Shown here in pieces: positions 39,345-51,959 of a stretch of DNA of 64,000 nt. How positions within the stretch are numbered: position 1 is the first letter of the stretch; every line of letters begins with the position of its first letter. The notes beneath the pieces were generated by a model. That model was not told the origin of the DNA. It did no database searches and saw nothing but the letters and a program-made list of their open reading frames with translations. Origin of the DNA: Macrostomum lignano. Lineage: Eukaryota. The translations under genes and the position numbers were made by a program. The stretch lies in contig NIVC01000126.1 in assembly GCA_002269645.1 (NCBI GenBank), positions 434,001 through 498,000 on the forward strand. Reading direction: 5' to 3'.

Positions 39345-39790
39345 GATGATAGCCGTAGCAACCAAATTAGCGCGCCCTTAGAAACCAAGCAATAAGAATT
39401 TCAAACATTAAGCAGCAAAGCAAACAACCAAAGTTTTAGCAACCAAGCCATAAGTACATGTACAAGTATGAAATGCATAGATGTACATTTACATTTAGCA
39501 ACCTATATAGCGTCCACAGCAACCAAATTTTCAGTCCATTAGCAAACACAGGGACGCCCATATTAAAAACTGCGCCCATAGCAACCAATTTGCGTTCCCA
39601 GCAACTTAGATAGCAGCAATAGCAACTAAATTAGCGACCAAAGCAACCACATTAGCGGCTTAGCGCCCATAGCAACCAAATTATAGCGCCCATAGCAACC
39701 AAATTATAGCACCCATAGCAACCAAATTATAGCGGCCATAGCAACCAAATTATAGCGCCCATAGCAACCAAATTATAGCTTCCATTGCAG
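39345..39790. repeat. Degenerate minisatellite with a tagcaacc core (gcgcccatagcaaccaaattata)
   Basis: Homogeneous at 39660-39780 and degenerate to the left. Confidence 0.85.
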
Positions 39791-39833
39791 CCGATACATA
39801 AGCAAAGAGTGTTATCCCCAGTATTACTATAAT

Positions 39834-40511
39834 TCATCCCAGAAACAGCCGTTCAATCTCTTCAACAGGCGACCGGCACAGGGGGCACAGTACGGTCCGG
39901 GTTCGAGCCCCAGAGAACATGCGATGCGCGCAGGTCACGCAGATCGGCACGTGCCGGCAGGGCGACAGTTTCACGCAGCGCTCCCTGCACAGACAGACCG
40001 AGCAGCTGTTTGCCGGCGTTTGGCCAGCTGCAGTTGTTGTCGAAGAATTGTCGGCGGCGACGGCAGAATCGACACCGTCAAGAGTGGACAGGTCGTAGTG
40101 CTTCGGCGTGCTGGGACAGGAGCTGTTCTGCCTGTTGCCGCCGTCGCCTGGCCCGTGTTCGATCAGCTCGACGTGGAAATTCTCGCACGATCGACGCCCC
40201 TGACTGTCGATTCGAACCCGGGTCCTGTTGCAGATGTTAACCGATACGTTTGGCGACCTCGGCGGCTGCGGCTGCTGCTGATCCACAATGCTATTGTTTG
40301 TTCCAACTACATTGTTGTTCAGCCCTTTAACAATGTTGTCATTGCCAACCACCGTGTTGCAGTTGCCGCACACTTCGTTGCCATTGCCTGTGACCGAGTT
40401 TCTGTGGCCCCAGATTCGATTATTGTTGCCGACAATGCTGGCGTTGCAGATGAAGTAGTCTCCATTGCTGCCGATCTTCATCTGCTCCTGCATGGCCCGC
40501 GCCTGCGGCAT
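39834..40511 (-). CDS. C3HC4 RING finger protein (IAP/MDM2-like C-terminal RING) with N-terminal xVxGxxN heptad beta-roll; 225 aa, CDS uninterrupted
   Basis: RING reads CSVCLCRERCVKLSPCRHVPICVTCAHRM...CPLCRSPVEEIERLFLG*. Seven heptads run SIVGNNN-RIWGHRN-SVTGNGN-EVCGNCN-TVVGNDN-IVKGLNN-NVVGTNN. The first ATG outside the repeat is at 40511; an acceptor-like ctgcacag lies at 40556. Confidence 0.85.
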   Translation of the reverse strand: MPQARAMQEQMKIGSNGDYFICNASIVGNNNRIWGHRNSVTGNGNEVCGNCNTVVGNDNIVKGLNNNVVGTNNSIVDQQQPQPPRSPNVSVNICNRTRVRIDSQGRRSCENFHVELIEHGPGDGGNRQNSSCPSTPKHYDLSTLDGVDSAVAADNSSTTTAAGQTPANSCSVCLCRERCVKLSPCRHVPICVTCAHRMFSGARTRTVLCPLCRSPVEEIERLFLG

Positions 40512-40579
40512 GGGTCGGTTGGAGTTTCTTGGCCTCAAACTGACCGATGTGTGCTCTGTGCAGAGTGGGGATCTTATAG

Positions 40580-40980
40580 AGGCTGGCCCAGCAACTGAGG
40601 ATCTGGGAGGCTGGCCAAGCAACTCAGGATCTGGGAGGCTGGCCCAGCAGCTGAGGATCTGGGAGGCTGGCCCAGCAGCTGAGGATCTGGGAGGCTGGCG
40701 AAGCAGCTGAGGATCTGGGAGGCTGTTTACCCAGCAACTGAGAATCTGGGAGGCTGACCCAGCAACTGAGGATGGAGCTGAGAGGCTGGCCCAGCAGCTG
40801 AGGATCTGGGAGGCTAGTTACCCAGCAACTAAGGATCTGCGAGCCTGGCCCAGCAATTGGGGATCTGGGAGGCTGGCTCAGCAACTGAGAATCTGGGAGG
40901 CTGACCCAGCAACTGAGAATCTGGGAAGCTGACCCAGCAACTGAGGATGGAGCTGAGAGGCTGGCCCAGCAACTGAGGGT
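40580..40980. repeat. Minisatellite, 28-bp unit (ggctggcccagcaactgaggatctggga), array 1
   Basis: Direct tandem units. Confidence 0.95.
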
Positions 40981-41654
40981 CTGGAATCCCAGAGTGATAT
41001 GTGAAAGCATGCAGAATATTACAGCCATATTGCAATTCACGCGGGCGGCTTGCAGCCAGCAGCAATAAAACGGAGACAAAATTTGAAGCGAGCCCAAGCC
41101 AGCCTAAGTAATGGTCGGGATTAAAGGACAGTCGCAGTGGGCAGCAGCCTAATTCAGATTTATGTCCATTTAGTAAGCAGACTGTATAGGTTCCCTAGGG
41201 AGCTGCAGTCCCATTGCAAGATGGCTAGTACCCCCTGTCCCCTTCTAAAAGAAATTAGTAAATTAAAGGGCAGTGAAAGGTCCAGTCTAGACAAGAAACG
41301 GTTGATAAATTAAGGGCAGGAATCTGGTGCACACGCAAGTTGATCAAAGCTGTTTATTTCCTAAAATGGAAAATTTCGGGTCAAATTTCTGCTGTTACTG
41401 TTTCTGTAGTGTCTGAACTTGTCTATGGCGCAACCCGATCAGAAAAGTGCACATAGAAAACAAAAATTCGTATTTTAAGTGTTTAGACTCCTCAATAATG
41501 CTTATTTTTAAAAACAGCTGCACGAAGTTGCCGGTAAAATCCGCGGGATAATAAAGTACACTCTGTACTTTCGTAACACTTTTACAAGCTAACCATTTTT
41601 TATTTTATTTATGAAATATTTTCCAGTAAAAGCAATGTTGAGAAAGTGAACAAC

Positions 41655-42172
41655 CATGAGCATCTAGGAGGCTGGCCCAGCAACTGAGGATCTGGAAGGC
41701 TGGCCCAGCAACTGAAGATCTGAGAGGCTGGCCCAGCAACTGAGCATCTAGGAGGCTGGCCCAGCAACTGAGGATCTGGAAGGCTGGCCCAGCAACTGAA
41801 GATCTGAGAGGCTGGCCCAGCAACTGAGGATCTGGGAGGCTGGCCCAGCAACTGAGGATCTGGGAGGCTGGCCCAGCAACTGAGGACCTAGGAGGCTGGC
41901 CCAGCAACTGAGGATCTGGGAGGCTGGGCCAGCAACTGAGGACCTGGGAGGCTGGCCCAGCAACTGAGGATCTGGGAGGCTGGCCCAGCAACTGAGGACC
42001 TGGGAGGCTGGCCCAGCAACTGAGGATCTGGGAGGCTGGCCCAGCAACTGAGGACCTGGGAGGCTGGCCCAGCAACTGAGGATCTGGGAGGCTGGCCCAG
42101 CAACTGGGGATCTGAGAAGCTGGCCCAGCAACTGAGGATCTGAGAAGCTGGCCCAGCAACTGGGGATCTGGG
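41655..42172. repeat. Minisatellite, same 28-bp unit, array 2
   Basis: Same consensus as 40580-40980. Confidence 0.95.
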
Positions 42173-42959
42173 AGGGCTATGAAGTCGCCACAGCTGAGAT
42201 TGTGTAATTACGGCAATGAACAAAACCCCAATGCTAAGAAATTACCTTTGTTTCCGGTGTAGATGCAGGAATAAAGTGGTGGCTGGAACTGCTCGGGCCC
42301 CAAATGCAGATGCAGATATCTATATGCAGTTTAGATGTATATATATCGTATATATATATTAATAGCCAGTCCTATTGAGCCTGTGCTTGCGATGAGAACG
42401 CAAAACAAACTCAAATGTGCGGCTTCAAAAATAACGGGATTGATGGTGAGGGATAATTTAGCTACCCGAACGGATCGAAGTAGGAAAATGCAATTAGTTT
42501 GAGAACGGCAGCGCAATAGCTGGGGCAAAGATACAATTCTGAGGGTTTTTTTGGCCAAAGCGGAGGCTGCAGTTCCAGGCAGTGCAAATATTAATTAGCT
42601 AGCTTAGGTATATGGGGAGATGGAGTCGCTATGCAGGTCTTTATAAACTTTCAATTTCTTTCTGCACACAGTATTCGCGTTTTATATATATATATATAGG
42701 AAGCGCGGAGGAGAGACAGTGTAGAAATAGGAGAATGCGCACAATTCTTAGTGGCTGGGAAGCGCCATCAATAAAAACGTGAAGCCGACGGGGGCTGGTG
42801 ATCCCGATGCAGAACCCTCACTGTGCATGCAGCATAGTTGCTATGGCTGAGATATTGCTATGCCGAAAGTTAAATCTTTTCAGCTATACATTTAAAAAAT
42901 GCCTCATCACGATTACTGGATTTCTTAATTCTGACTGACCACTCGGTTGAATTATTCAA

Positions 42960-44330
42960 CCCGCGATGTCAGTTTTGGCGCCTAGATGTCCAATTTATCG
43001 ATCCAATGTCAATTTTGGCGCCTGGCTGTCCGATTTATCGATCTGATGTCAGTTTTGGTGCCTAGATGTCAGATTTATCGATCTGATGTCAGTTTTGGCG
43101 CCTAGATGTCAGATTTATCGATCTGATGTCAGTTTTGGCGCCTAGATGTCAGATTTATCGATCTGATGTCAGTTTTGGTGCCTAGATGTCAGATTTATCG
43201 ATCTGATGTCAGTTTTGGCGCCTAGATGTCAGATTTATCGATCTGATGTCAGTTTTGGCGCCTAGATTTCAGATTTATCGATCTGATGTCAGTTTTGGCG
43301 CCTAGATCTCAGATTTATTGATCCAATGTCAATTTTGGCGCCTAGATGTCCAATTTATCGATCCAATTTCAGTTTTGGCGCCTAAATGTCCAATTTATCG
43401 ATCCAATGTCGGTTTTGGTGCCTAGCTGTCCAATTTATCGATCCAATGTCAGTTTTGGCGCCTAGATCTCAGATTTATTGATCCAATGTCAATTTTGGCG
43501 CCTAGCTGTCCGATTTATCGATCCAATGTCGGTTTTGGTGCCTAGCTGTCCAATTTATCGATCCAATTTCAGTTTTGGCGCCTAAATGTCCAATTTATCG
43601 ATCCAATGTCAGTTTTGGCGCCTAGATGTCCAATTTATCGATCCAATGTCAATTTTGGCGCCTAGCTGTCCAATTTATCGATCCAATGTCAGTTTTGGCG
43701 CCTAGATGCCGATTTCTCGATCTGATGTCAGTTTTGGTGCCTAGATGTCAGATTTATCGATTCGATGTCAGTTTTGGCGCCTAGATGTCAGATTTATCGA
43801 TCTGATGTCAGTTTTGGCGCCTAGATGCCCGATTTATCGATCTGATGTCAGTTTTGGTGCCTAGATGTCAGATTTATCGATCTGATGTCAGTTTTGGTGC
43901 CTAGATGCCCGATTTATCGATCTGATGTCAGTTTTGGCGCCTAGATGTCAGATTTATCGATCTGATGTCAGTTTTGGTGCCTAGATGTCAGATTTATCGA
44001 TCCAATGTCAGTTTTGGCGCCTAGATGTCAGATTTATCGATCCAATGTCAGTTTTGGCGCCTAGATGTCAGATTTATCGATCCGATGTCAGTTTTGGTGC
44101 CTAGATGTCCGATTTATCGATCTGATGTCAGTTTTGGTGCCTAGATGTCCGATTTATCGATCTGATGTCAGTTTTGGTGCCTAGATGTCCGATTTATCGA
44201 TCTGATGTCAGTTTTGGCGCCTAGATGTCAGATTTATCGATCTGATGTCAGTTTTGGTGCCTAGATGTCAGATTTATCGATCCAATGTCAGTTTTGGCGC
44301 CTAGATGTCAGATTTATCGATCCGATGTCA
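42960..44330. repeat. Minisatellite, 40-bp unit (atctgatgtcagttttggcgcctagatgtcagatttatcg)
   Basis: About 34 units; each unit is itself a diverged dimer with gatgtcag twice. Confidence 0.97.
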
Positions 44331-45094
44331 GTGTGTTTGCGGATCGGAGCAACCAATTTGAGATTTTTGCAAGCCTTTGGACCATAGACAATAACAGATT
44401 TCATCAGAGAAACATCAAACGGGGATAAGCCAGACGAAAGGCATTAAAGAAAGTTGCTTCACAGCTCGCAGATCAGAATCCCTATAGCGAGATAAGCAAC
44501 AAAAAGTACGACCGGATCGGGTGGAAAACGGAAGTACGTAAGGACACGATTCTGTCATTCTCCGATCCCTTTTTCTCCACTGTCTCCTCGATTTTTCTTG
44601 CTCTCTACAAGGAGTATCTTATCAATTTTGTAGGCCCCAAACTGCATGGCCTCTTTTCCTGTGTGTACCCTGGCGGTTTAGCTATCCGGCTATAAGAGAG
44701 CAATATACAAGCAAGGAAGGACTTTAATGTATAGAGAACATGCGAAAGCTGCAAGACAGATCATCGATACACCCAAGCTATACTGTATAGGAAAGCCAAC
44801 AAAGTTAGTAGGACTATATAGTGCATACTGCGGACAGCACTGGATATACTAGGACTGCATGGTGTTGTGTGTGCCTGAAAGGGAAGGTCAAACCGAGTGC
44901 AAAGCGCTGTTTGAAAGAAAAAAACAATTTAAATATTCTATACAGAGCCCAGCAACTATAATAGTCGCTGACTTCAGTGCAAGATGGGCCGACACGAACT
45001 TCCCCGCTAAAATAGTTCGAAAATTCATAAGCTCGACAACCAATATCTTATAGATTAGCTAATCACAAGTTGTAATCTTCATTTTATGAAAGGG

Positions 45095-46262
45095 TCATTG
45101 TTGGTCAGTCACAATGATAAACTTCATATCACGGAAGAGACATTGTTGGTCACTGTCACAAGCTCGAATCTTCATATCATGAAAGAGCCATTGTTGGTCA
45201 CTGTCACAAGCTCGAATCTTCATATCATGAAAGAGCCATTGTTGGTCACTGTCACAAGCTCGAATCTTCATATCATGAAAGAGCCATTGTTGGTCACTGT
45301 CACAAGCTCGAATCTTCATATCATGAAAGAGCCATTGTTGGTCACTGTCACAAGCTCGAAACTTCATATCATGGAAGAGGCCTTGTTGGTCACTTTCACA
45401 AGCTCGAAACTTCATATCATGGAAGAGGCCTTGTTGGTCACTGCCACTAGCTCAAAGCTTCATATCACGGAAGAGACATTGTTGGTCACTGCCACAATGG
45501 CTAATCTTCATATCATGAAAGAGCCATTGTTGGTCACTGTCACAAGCTCGAATCTTCATATCACGGAAGAGACATTGTTGGTCACTGTCACAAGCTCGAA
45601 TCTTCATATCATGAAAGAGCCATTGTTGGTCACTGTCACAAGCTCGAATCTTCATATCATGAAAGAGCCCTTGTTGGTCACTGTCACAAGCTCGAAACTT
45701 CATATCATGAAAGAGCCATTGTTGGTCACTGTCACAAGCTCGAAACTTCATATCATGGAAGAGGCATTGTTGGTCACTGTCACAATGGGTAATATTTATA
45801 TCACGGAAGAGACATTGTTGGTCACTGTCACAAGCTCGAATCTTCATATCATGAAAGAGCCATTGTTGGTCACTGTCACAAGCTCGAATCTTCATATCAT
45901 GAAAGAGCCATTGTTGGTCACTGTCACAAGCTCGAAACTTCATATCATGGAAGAGGCATTGTTGGTCACTGCCACAATGGCTAATCTTCATATCATGGAA
46001 GAGGCATTGTTGGTCACTGCCACAATGGCTAATCTTCATATCATGGAAGAGGCATTGTTGGTCACTGTCACAAAGGCTAATATTTATATCATGAAAGAGC
46101 CATTGTTGGTCATTGTCACAAAGGCTAATATTTATATCATGAAAGAGCCATTGTTGGTCATTGTCACAAAGGCTAATATTTATATCATGAAAGAGCCATT
46201 GTTGGTCACTGTCACAATGGCTAATATTTATATCACGGAAGAGACATTGCTGGTCACAGTCA
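45095..46262. repeat. Minisatellite, 48-bp unit (ttggtcactgtcacaagctcgaatcttcatatcatgaaagagccattg)
   Basis: About 24 units; produces the 16-aa periodic ORFs on both strands. Confidence 0.96.
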
Positions 46263-46809
46263 AACTGTCAATATTTAATCGAAAATAAAGCATTGAAAGA
46301 CAAATTTTAGTAATATTTTTTTTGAATAATTCCAAAGATTTGTGAGACGTATGTAGGTTGAAAATTGCAAGGCTATAATTCAAATGCTGCAACTAAGAAA
46401 ACAAACAATATAAGAGCTATTCATAGTGAAACCTACATTTTTTACCTGGTGAAACACAACACCGAAAAGTGTGTGGGAATCTAAAAGCAAAAGTGCAAAG
46501 CTGTCAGCTATTATCCATAGACAACAGCTGTTGGTTCAGCAATGATGCGCAAACGGGGACTGTCATCAATCCAAGAGGAAGGAAGCAAGTAAAAAACCAC
46601 AACGTTCATTTCTTACACGCGGATGTCCTCTGACAAGGGCCCAAGCCCAACCTGGCATCAATCTTAAATTCCTTTTGATGTTTTTCCTGCAAGCCGCCTT
46701 TACATTTTGTTCCTTATACCCTTAGCGCTACGTATTATAATACTTTGCTTATACTAACAGTAGCCCCATTAGGGCATCCTTTTATAATAATTGCAAGACG
46801 AAAAAATAG

Positions 46810-46865
46810 CTTGTCGTGGGATAACCCCCCCCCCCCCAGGGCACAGAGATTGTACATGTCCAACT
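46810..46865 (+). mobile_element. Possible SINE fragment (copy C)
   Basis: gtcgtgggataa-C(n)-agggcacagagattgtacatgtc resembles the central segment of copies A and B. Confidence 0.4.
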
Positions 46866-47864
46866 GTTACATGTCCAACATGTCCAAGTCTCGAGTCATT
46901 GGCGCGATTGTATGTGCTTTGAGATCATAGATAAGAGATGAGGCTCGTACTCTTTACCACCCTGCACACAAACCCAAAATGAATGTTTTGGACAGATAAG
47001 ATAAGGCAAGTTGACAAGGCTTACTGGGGGAATTGCTGAGAGGTCAAGGCTTACTGGGGAATTGCTAAGATGTCAAATTTTACTGGGGGAATTGCTGAGA
47101 GGTCAAGGATGAGGTCAAAAGCTACATGTACTTTATGGAAAATTTGTAATCCATTCTTTGTAAGCTCCCCAACGGGGGGCGCTGACTGCTAGTGGTTTTC
47201 TAAAACAAAAGTTTTTTGTTTGTTTTTTTCTTAACGCTTTCATTATCACACTTAGATATTTGATCATTTCAATGTGTCTGAAAGAAAACCATCAACCAAG
47301 AAGTCACGTCGAGCACCAATAAAATTTTAATAAGACGTCACCGGCGATAAAAAATATGAATTTTATCTTACCGCCTTGAGTAGAGGATCTTTATGACTTT
47401 TAATAAGACTGAAAATAATGCAAACCAGGCGATATGTATCGTAAACAACTTTAAAAGACTTGAATTATTTTTCTAAAGCTATTTTTGTTACCCAATAAGT
47501 AGTAAGTTTGAATACTACAACTTCAGAAAGCATTAGCTGATTTTATTAATAAGTTGCAACTTTGTATTAACTAATTTATTTGATTACAATTGATGCACTG
47601 AAACAACAAAGAGTGTCGTTTAGAAGCATCAATTTTCAAGTAATTTTTTAAAATAATCTTTGTTGCAGCTCAAGTGCTTGGGTATACAGTCACGTATAAC
47701 AATTACAAAATGAGTAGCAAAAAATAGCCTTGGAGAACAAAGACTGGAGTACGTCGATTAGAAAATAAGCCGAATTTTTAAGAGTCAATCAGACAATATG
47801 GAAATTTAGGGAGCATAACAAAGACCCTGATAGCTAGCTAATGTGTGTCAAAATATGTGAACAA

Positions 47865-48230
47865 AGACCACAAGAGAGATGTACCACAAGACAATGTCGA
47901 ACAAAGACCATAGGCAGAATTTGCAAGACCGTGTGAACAAAGACCATAGAAGTTTTAAGACCGCGTGAACAGACCATAGAAGTTGCAAGACCGCGTGAAC
48001 AAAGACCATAGAAGTTGCAAGACCGCGTGAACTAAGACCATAGAAGTTGCAAGACCGCGTGAACAAAGACCATAAAAGTTGCAAGACCGCGTGAACAAAG
48101 ACCAGTCGAGAACAATTCTATGTGAACAAAAGACCATGATGGCTGACGACCATCCATTAATACAAAGACCATAGAAACAGAAAATCAATTGCAAACAAAG
48201 ACCACGGAAAGACTCGCAAAGAACAGGAAA
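47865..48230. repeat. Minisatellite, ~32-bp unit (gaacaaagaccatagaagttgcaagaccgcgt), just downstream of the NAE1 stop
   Basis: Tandem units with degenerate edges. Confidence 0.9.
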
Positions 48231-48280
48231 CAGATTATATGTAGACACAATTCAGCAAACAAAGAACAAAGACCGGCAGC

Positions 48281-51200
48281 TTAAAACACCGGCAGAAAGG
48301 TTTGCAACACGGCATCGTACAGCATAGTCCGAGTCTCCGGCACGAACTGCCCAGTGATCAGCTTGATGCCTTCCTGAGACAGAACTCCGCCCATCCAGGC
48401 TGCCACAGAGTGCACCTCTGCTCGACCGAATCTGCACAGCTCGTGCAGCAGATCCTCTGGCGCCGAAGTTGGACCAGCCGCCGATGTAGTGGCTAGAGAG
48501 GCCAGCCAATCCTGAGCTAGCTGTTGGCATTTCAGCTTCAACTGGCCAGCGTCGGCCAGAAAATTCACATCGTCTGTGTCGCCTGGGAAGCGACCGAATT
48601 CGGTGTGGAACCGGTCGCAGGCGTGGAACAGCAGGTACCACCAGAACGGCGATGGCCCGGCCTCCGCCGTCTCCTCCAGGCACCGAGCGACCGTCTGCGG
48701 CAGTGGCCGGCTTAGCTAAATAGGGGAGATTTGGGGATTTCTCAGCTTGAATTGGGGATATTCTTAGACCGCAGATCTTTGATAGGGATATTATAAGATC
48801 TCAAAGCTTCAATGGGGATATTATATTGTAAGATCCAAACGCATCGATGGGGATATTATATTGTAAGATCCCCAAGCTTTTACCTTGGGGTTGCGATAGG
48901 GGCCTCGCGGCCTATTCGCGGCGCCTGCGCCCCCCGTCAGTAGTAAGTAAGTAAGTAAGCTTCAATGGGGATATTATATTTTAAGATCCAAAGCTTCAAT
49001 GGGGATATTATATGATCCCAAAGCTTTAATTGGGATATTATAAGTTCCCAACGCTTTAATTGGGATATTATATTGTAAGATCCCCAAGCTTCAATAGGGA
49101 TATTATATTGTAAGATCCCCAAGCTTCAATAGGGATATTATATTGTAAGATCCCCAAGCTTCAATAGGGATATTATATTGTAAGATCCCCAAGCTTCAAT
49201 GGGGATATTATATTTTAAGATCCAAAGCTTCAATGGGGATATTATATGATCCCAAAGCTTTAATTGGGATATTAAAAGTTCCCAACGCTTTAACTGGGAT
49301 ATTATATTGTAAGATCCCCAAGCTTCAATAGGGATATTATATTGTAAGATCCCCAAGCTTCAATAGGGATATTATATTGTAAGATCCCCAAGCTTCAATA
49401 GGGATATTATATTGTAAGATCCCCAAGCTTCAATGGGAATATTCTGAGACCTCCCAGCCTAAATGGGGATATTCTGAGATCTCAAATCTTCTATGGGGAA
49501 ATTCTGAGATCCCCAACATAAATGGGGATATTTTGAGATTCCAGCTTCAATGGGAATACTCTAAGATATCCCAAACTCAATCGGGATATTCTGAGATCTC
49601 CCTAACTCAATCGGGATACTCCGAGATCTCCCAACATAAATGGGGATATTTTGAGATCCCAGCTTCAATCGACATACTCTGAGATCTCCCAACATAAATG
49701 GGGATATTTTGAGATCCCAGCTTCAATCGACATACTCTGAGATCCCCCAACCTAAATGGGAATGCTCTGAGTTCTGCAGGCTTCTATATTCAGCTTCAGA
49801 CAAAGTAATAATCGCCGTCTTACCTCTCGATAAGAAGCAGTTTTAACCAACCGCAGATGCCTGGCATTCTTACAGAACAGAGCAATCTGACTAGCTGGCA
49901 CGCTGTCAGCGCTCAGACCAATGTCTAAACAGACTACTCTTAGTAGGCGACTAAATTCGACCAGATCAGCATCGGCCGCCCGCCTGTAGATATTCAGCAG
50001 GGCTACGTAGCGATCGGAATCGCTGACCATATCCGGCAGGGTTCCGCACAGCGGCAGGCAGCCTCGTTGGCGATAGAACTCGGCCAGAGTGCGGCATAGC
50101 AACAGCCAGTTGCTAGGCGGGACCGCCGCTTGTCTGTCTTCGCTAGGCGCGCTCGAATCCGACAATTGTTGACGGCGTAGCCAAAACTGATCGGCTAATT
50201 TAAACAATTCATTCACGTTGCTAGGCAGCTTGCTAGGCAACAGAGCGGTGGTAACCGCCGATTGAGCCTGTCGCCAGTTCTCCTCGTCGCCATGGAGATC
50301 CGACTCGCCCCGCTCGCCAGACCGGATCAGCTGGCGAACCGCCTGTCGCTCAGCGTAGTTCGACGGGAATTTGCCGGCGTTGGCCTGGCGCCATTTGCTC
50401 AGGAATTTGTACAGGATCACCAGCCAGGGAGTGTGGCTGTGCCGCTGGCTGTCCATGGCTGACAAGTCCTTGAGGAGTATTGTTGCGAAGGGGGGATGGA
50501 GAGTGCTGGTGTGGAAACTTGAGTAACAGGGATTTTGCTACAACTGAGTTTTTCTCCTAGAAATTTCGTAACTAGGATTCCACCTGTTTGAACAAGGATG
50601 CCAATATTAAGACAGGGATTCCCCATTAGAAAAAGGGATTTCCCATTAGGAAAAGGGATTTCCCTTTAGGAAAAGGGATTTCCCTTTAGGAAGAGATTTT
50701 CCTATATAAACATGGACTCCCTATATGAACAGGGAATCCCCTATATGAACAGGGATTCCCCTATATGAACAAGGAATCACCTATATGAACAGGCAATACC
50801 CTATATTAACAGGGAATAATCCCCTATTTAAAACAGGGATTCCCCTATATACACAGGGATTCCCCTATATGAACAGGGATTCCCCTATATGAACAGGGAT
50901 TCCCCTATATCAACAGGGATTCCCCTATATGAACAGGCAATACCCTATATTAACAGGGAATAATCCCCATTTAAAACAGGGATTCCCCTACATCAACAGG
51001 GATTGCCCTATATACACAGGGATTCCCCTATATACACAGGGATTCCCCTATATACACAGGGATTCCCCTATATAAACAGGGATTCTCCAATAGGATCAAG
51101 GATTCCCTAATATCAATAGATCCGCCTCTCACCTGAGCATCGCAGAACGCCACAAATTCCGGCAGTGGATTCTCCAATCGCAAATCCGGCAAAGGATTAT

Positions 51201-51795
51201 CCGGATGCGCCTCCCAAACAAAGTGTTCCCTAGCAACCAGCTGACAAGTGGCCAGCATGCCGTGCTGTTGACAGACAATCAGCGGTACATCTCGATCATA
51301 CAGCAAATCAGACAGCACCAACAGATCGGAATGCCTGACACCGCTAGCAATGACCAAGCTAAATCCGGTGAAGAATCCCGGATCTCTCTGCAACAGCACG
51401 TCCAGTCGGTCTTCTAAGAAATCTCCAATAACATCTTCGTTTAATTCGCGCAAAAGCTCTGCGCACACTTTAGCCCGCGGCTCGCCAATTCTGGCTAGCT
51501 CGACAAAAAAATTCGAACCGCAATCCTCCTCTGTCACGCGGCGATGATCCATTATGGTGAATGAGCCGACTCCGGGGAGTACCATGTTCTTCAGTGTCTC
51601 AGTGCCAACAGCATTAGCCCCGATTAGAAGCACCCTGGCCTGTTCGATAGCCTGCTGACCGTGATCGCCCCATAGCCGCAGCTGTCGATCATATTTTTTA
51701 GCTTTTGGGGTTGGCAACTGACTGCGCGACCGACCAACTGGGTGACTGTTGATGTTGCTCTTGTTGTTGTTGTTGTTGTTGTTTGTTGAGGACAT
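48281..51795 (-). CDS. NAE1: NEDD8-activating enzyme E1 regulatory subunit (APPBP1/ULA1); exons 51795-51133, 50468-49824, 48715-48281; ~580 aa
   Basis: KYDRQLRLWGDHGQ, ETLKNMVLPGVGSFTIMD, HPDNPLPDLRLENP, HSHTPWLVIL, LPLCGTLPDMVSDSDRYVALLNIY, FCKNARHL and ELCRFGRAEVHSVAAWMGGVLSQEGIKLITGQFVP. Both introns are GT-AG, phase 0. Confidence 0.96.
48740..49750. repeat. Minisatellite, ~35-bp unit (gatccccaagcttcaatagggatattatattgtaa), in NAE1 intron 2
   Basis: Tandem units, interrupted at 48880-48956. Confidence 0.93.
48880..48956 (+). mobile_element. 77-bp GC-rich insertion with (GTAA)n tail; probable 5'-truncated non-LTR retrotransposon 3' end
   Basis: Inserted into an array unit, flanked by aagctt at 48874-48879 and 48957-48962, and ending agtaagtaagtaagt. 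Confidence 0.65.
50630..51110. repeat. Minisatellite, ~20-21 bp unit (acagggattcccctatat..), in NAE1 intron 1
   Basis: Direct tandem units. Confidence 0.93.
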
Positions 51796-51959
51796 TTCAT
51801 CAGCCAATTATGGGGAATTAATATATTAGTATAGCAGTGGATCCAATATTCAAGAGTTTCTAGTAGTTATTATGAATATTAAATAATGGAGATTAAGAAT
51901 AAAAAAGGTGAACATTGGGGGTCACTCGACAAGGTACACACCTGGAATCCCACAGGATG

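Noticed and set aside
45086-46288. 400-aa ORF of LLVTVTSSNLHIMKEP repeats
   Set aside because: It derives from a 48-bp array that is also open on the opposite strand, with no unique domain. Coding cannot be strictly excluded without RNA or proteomic data.
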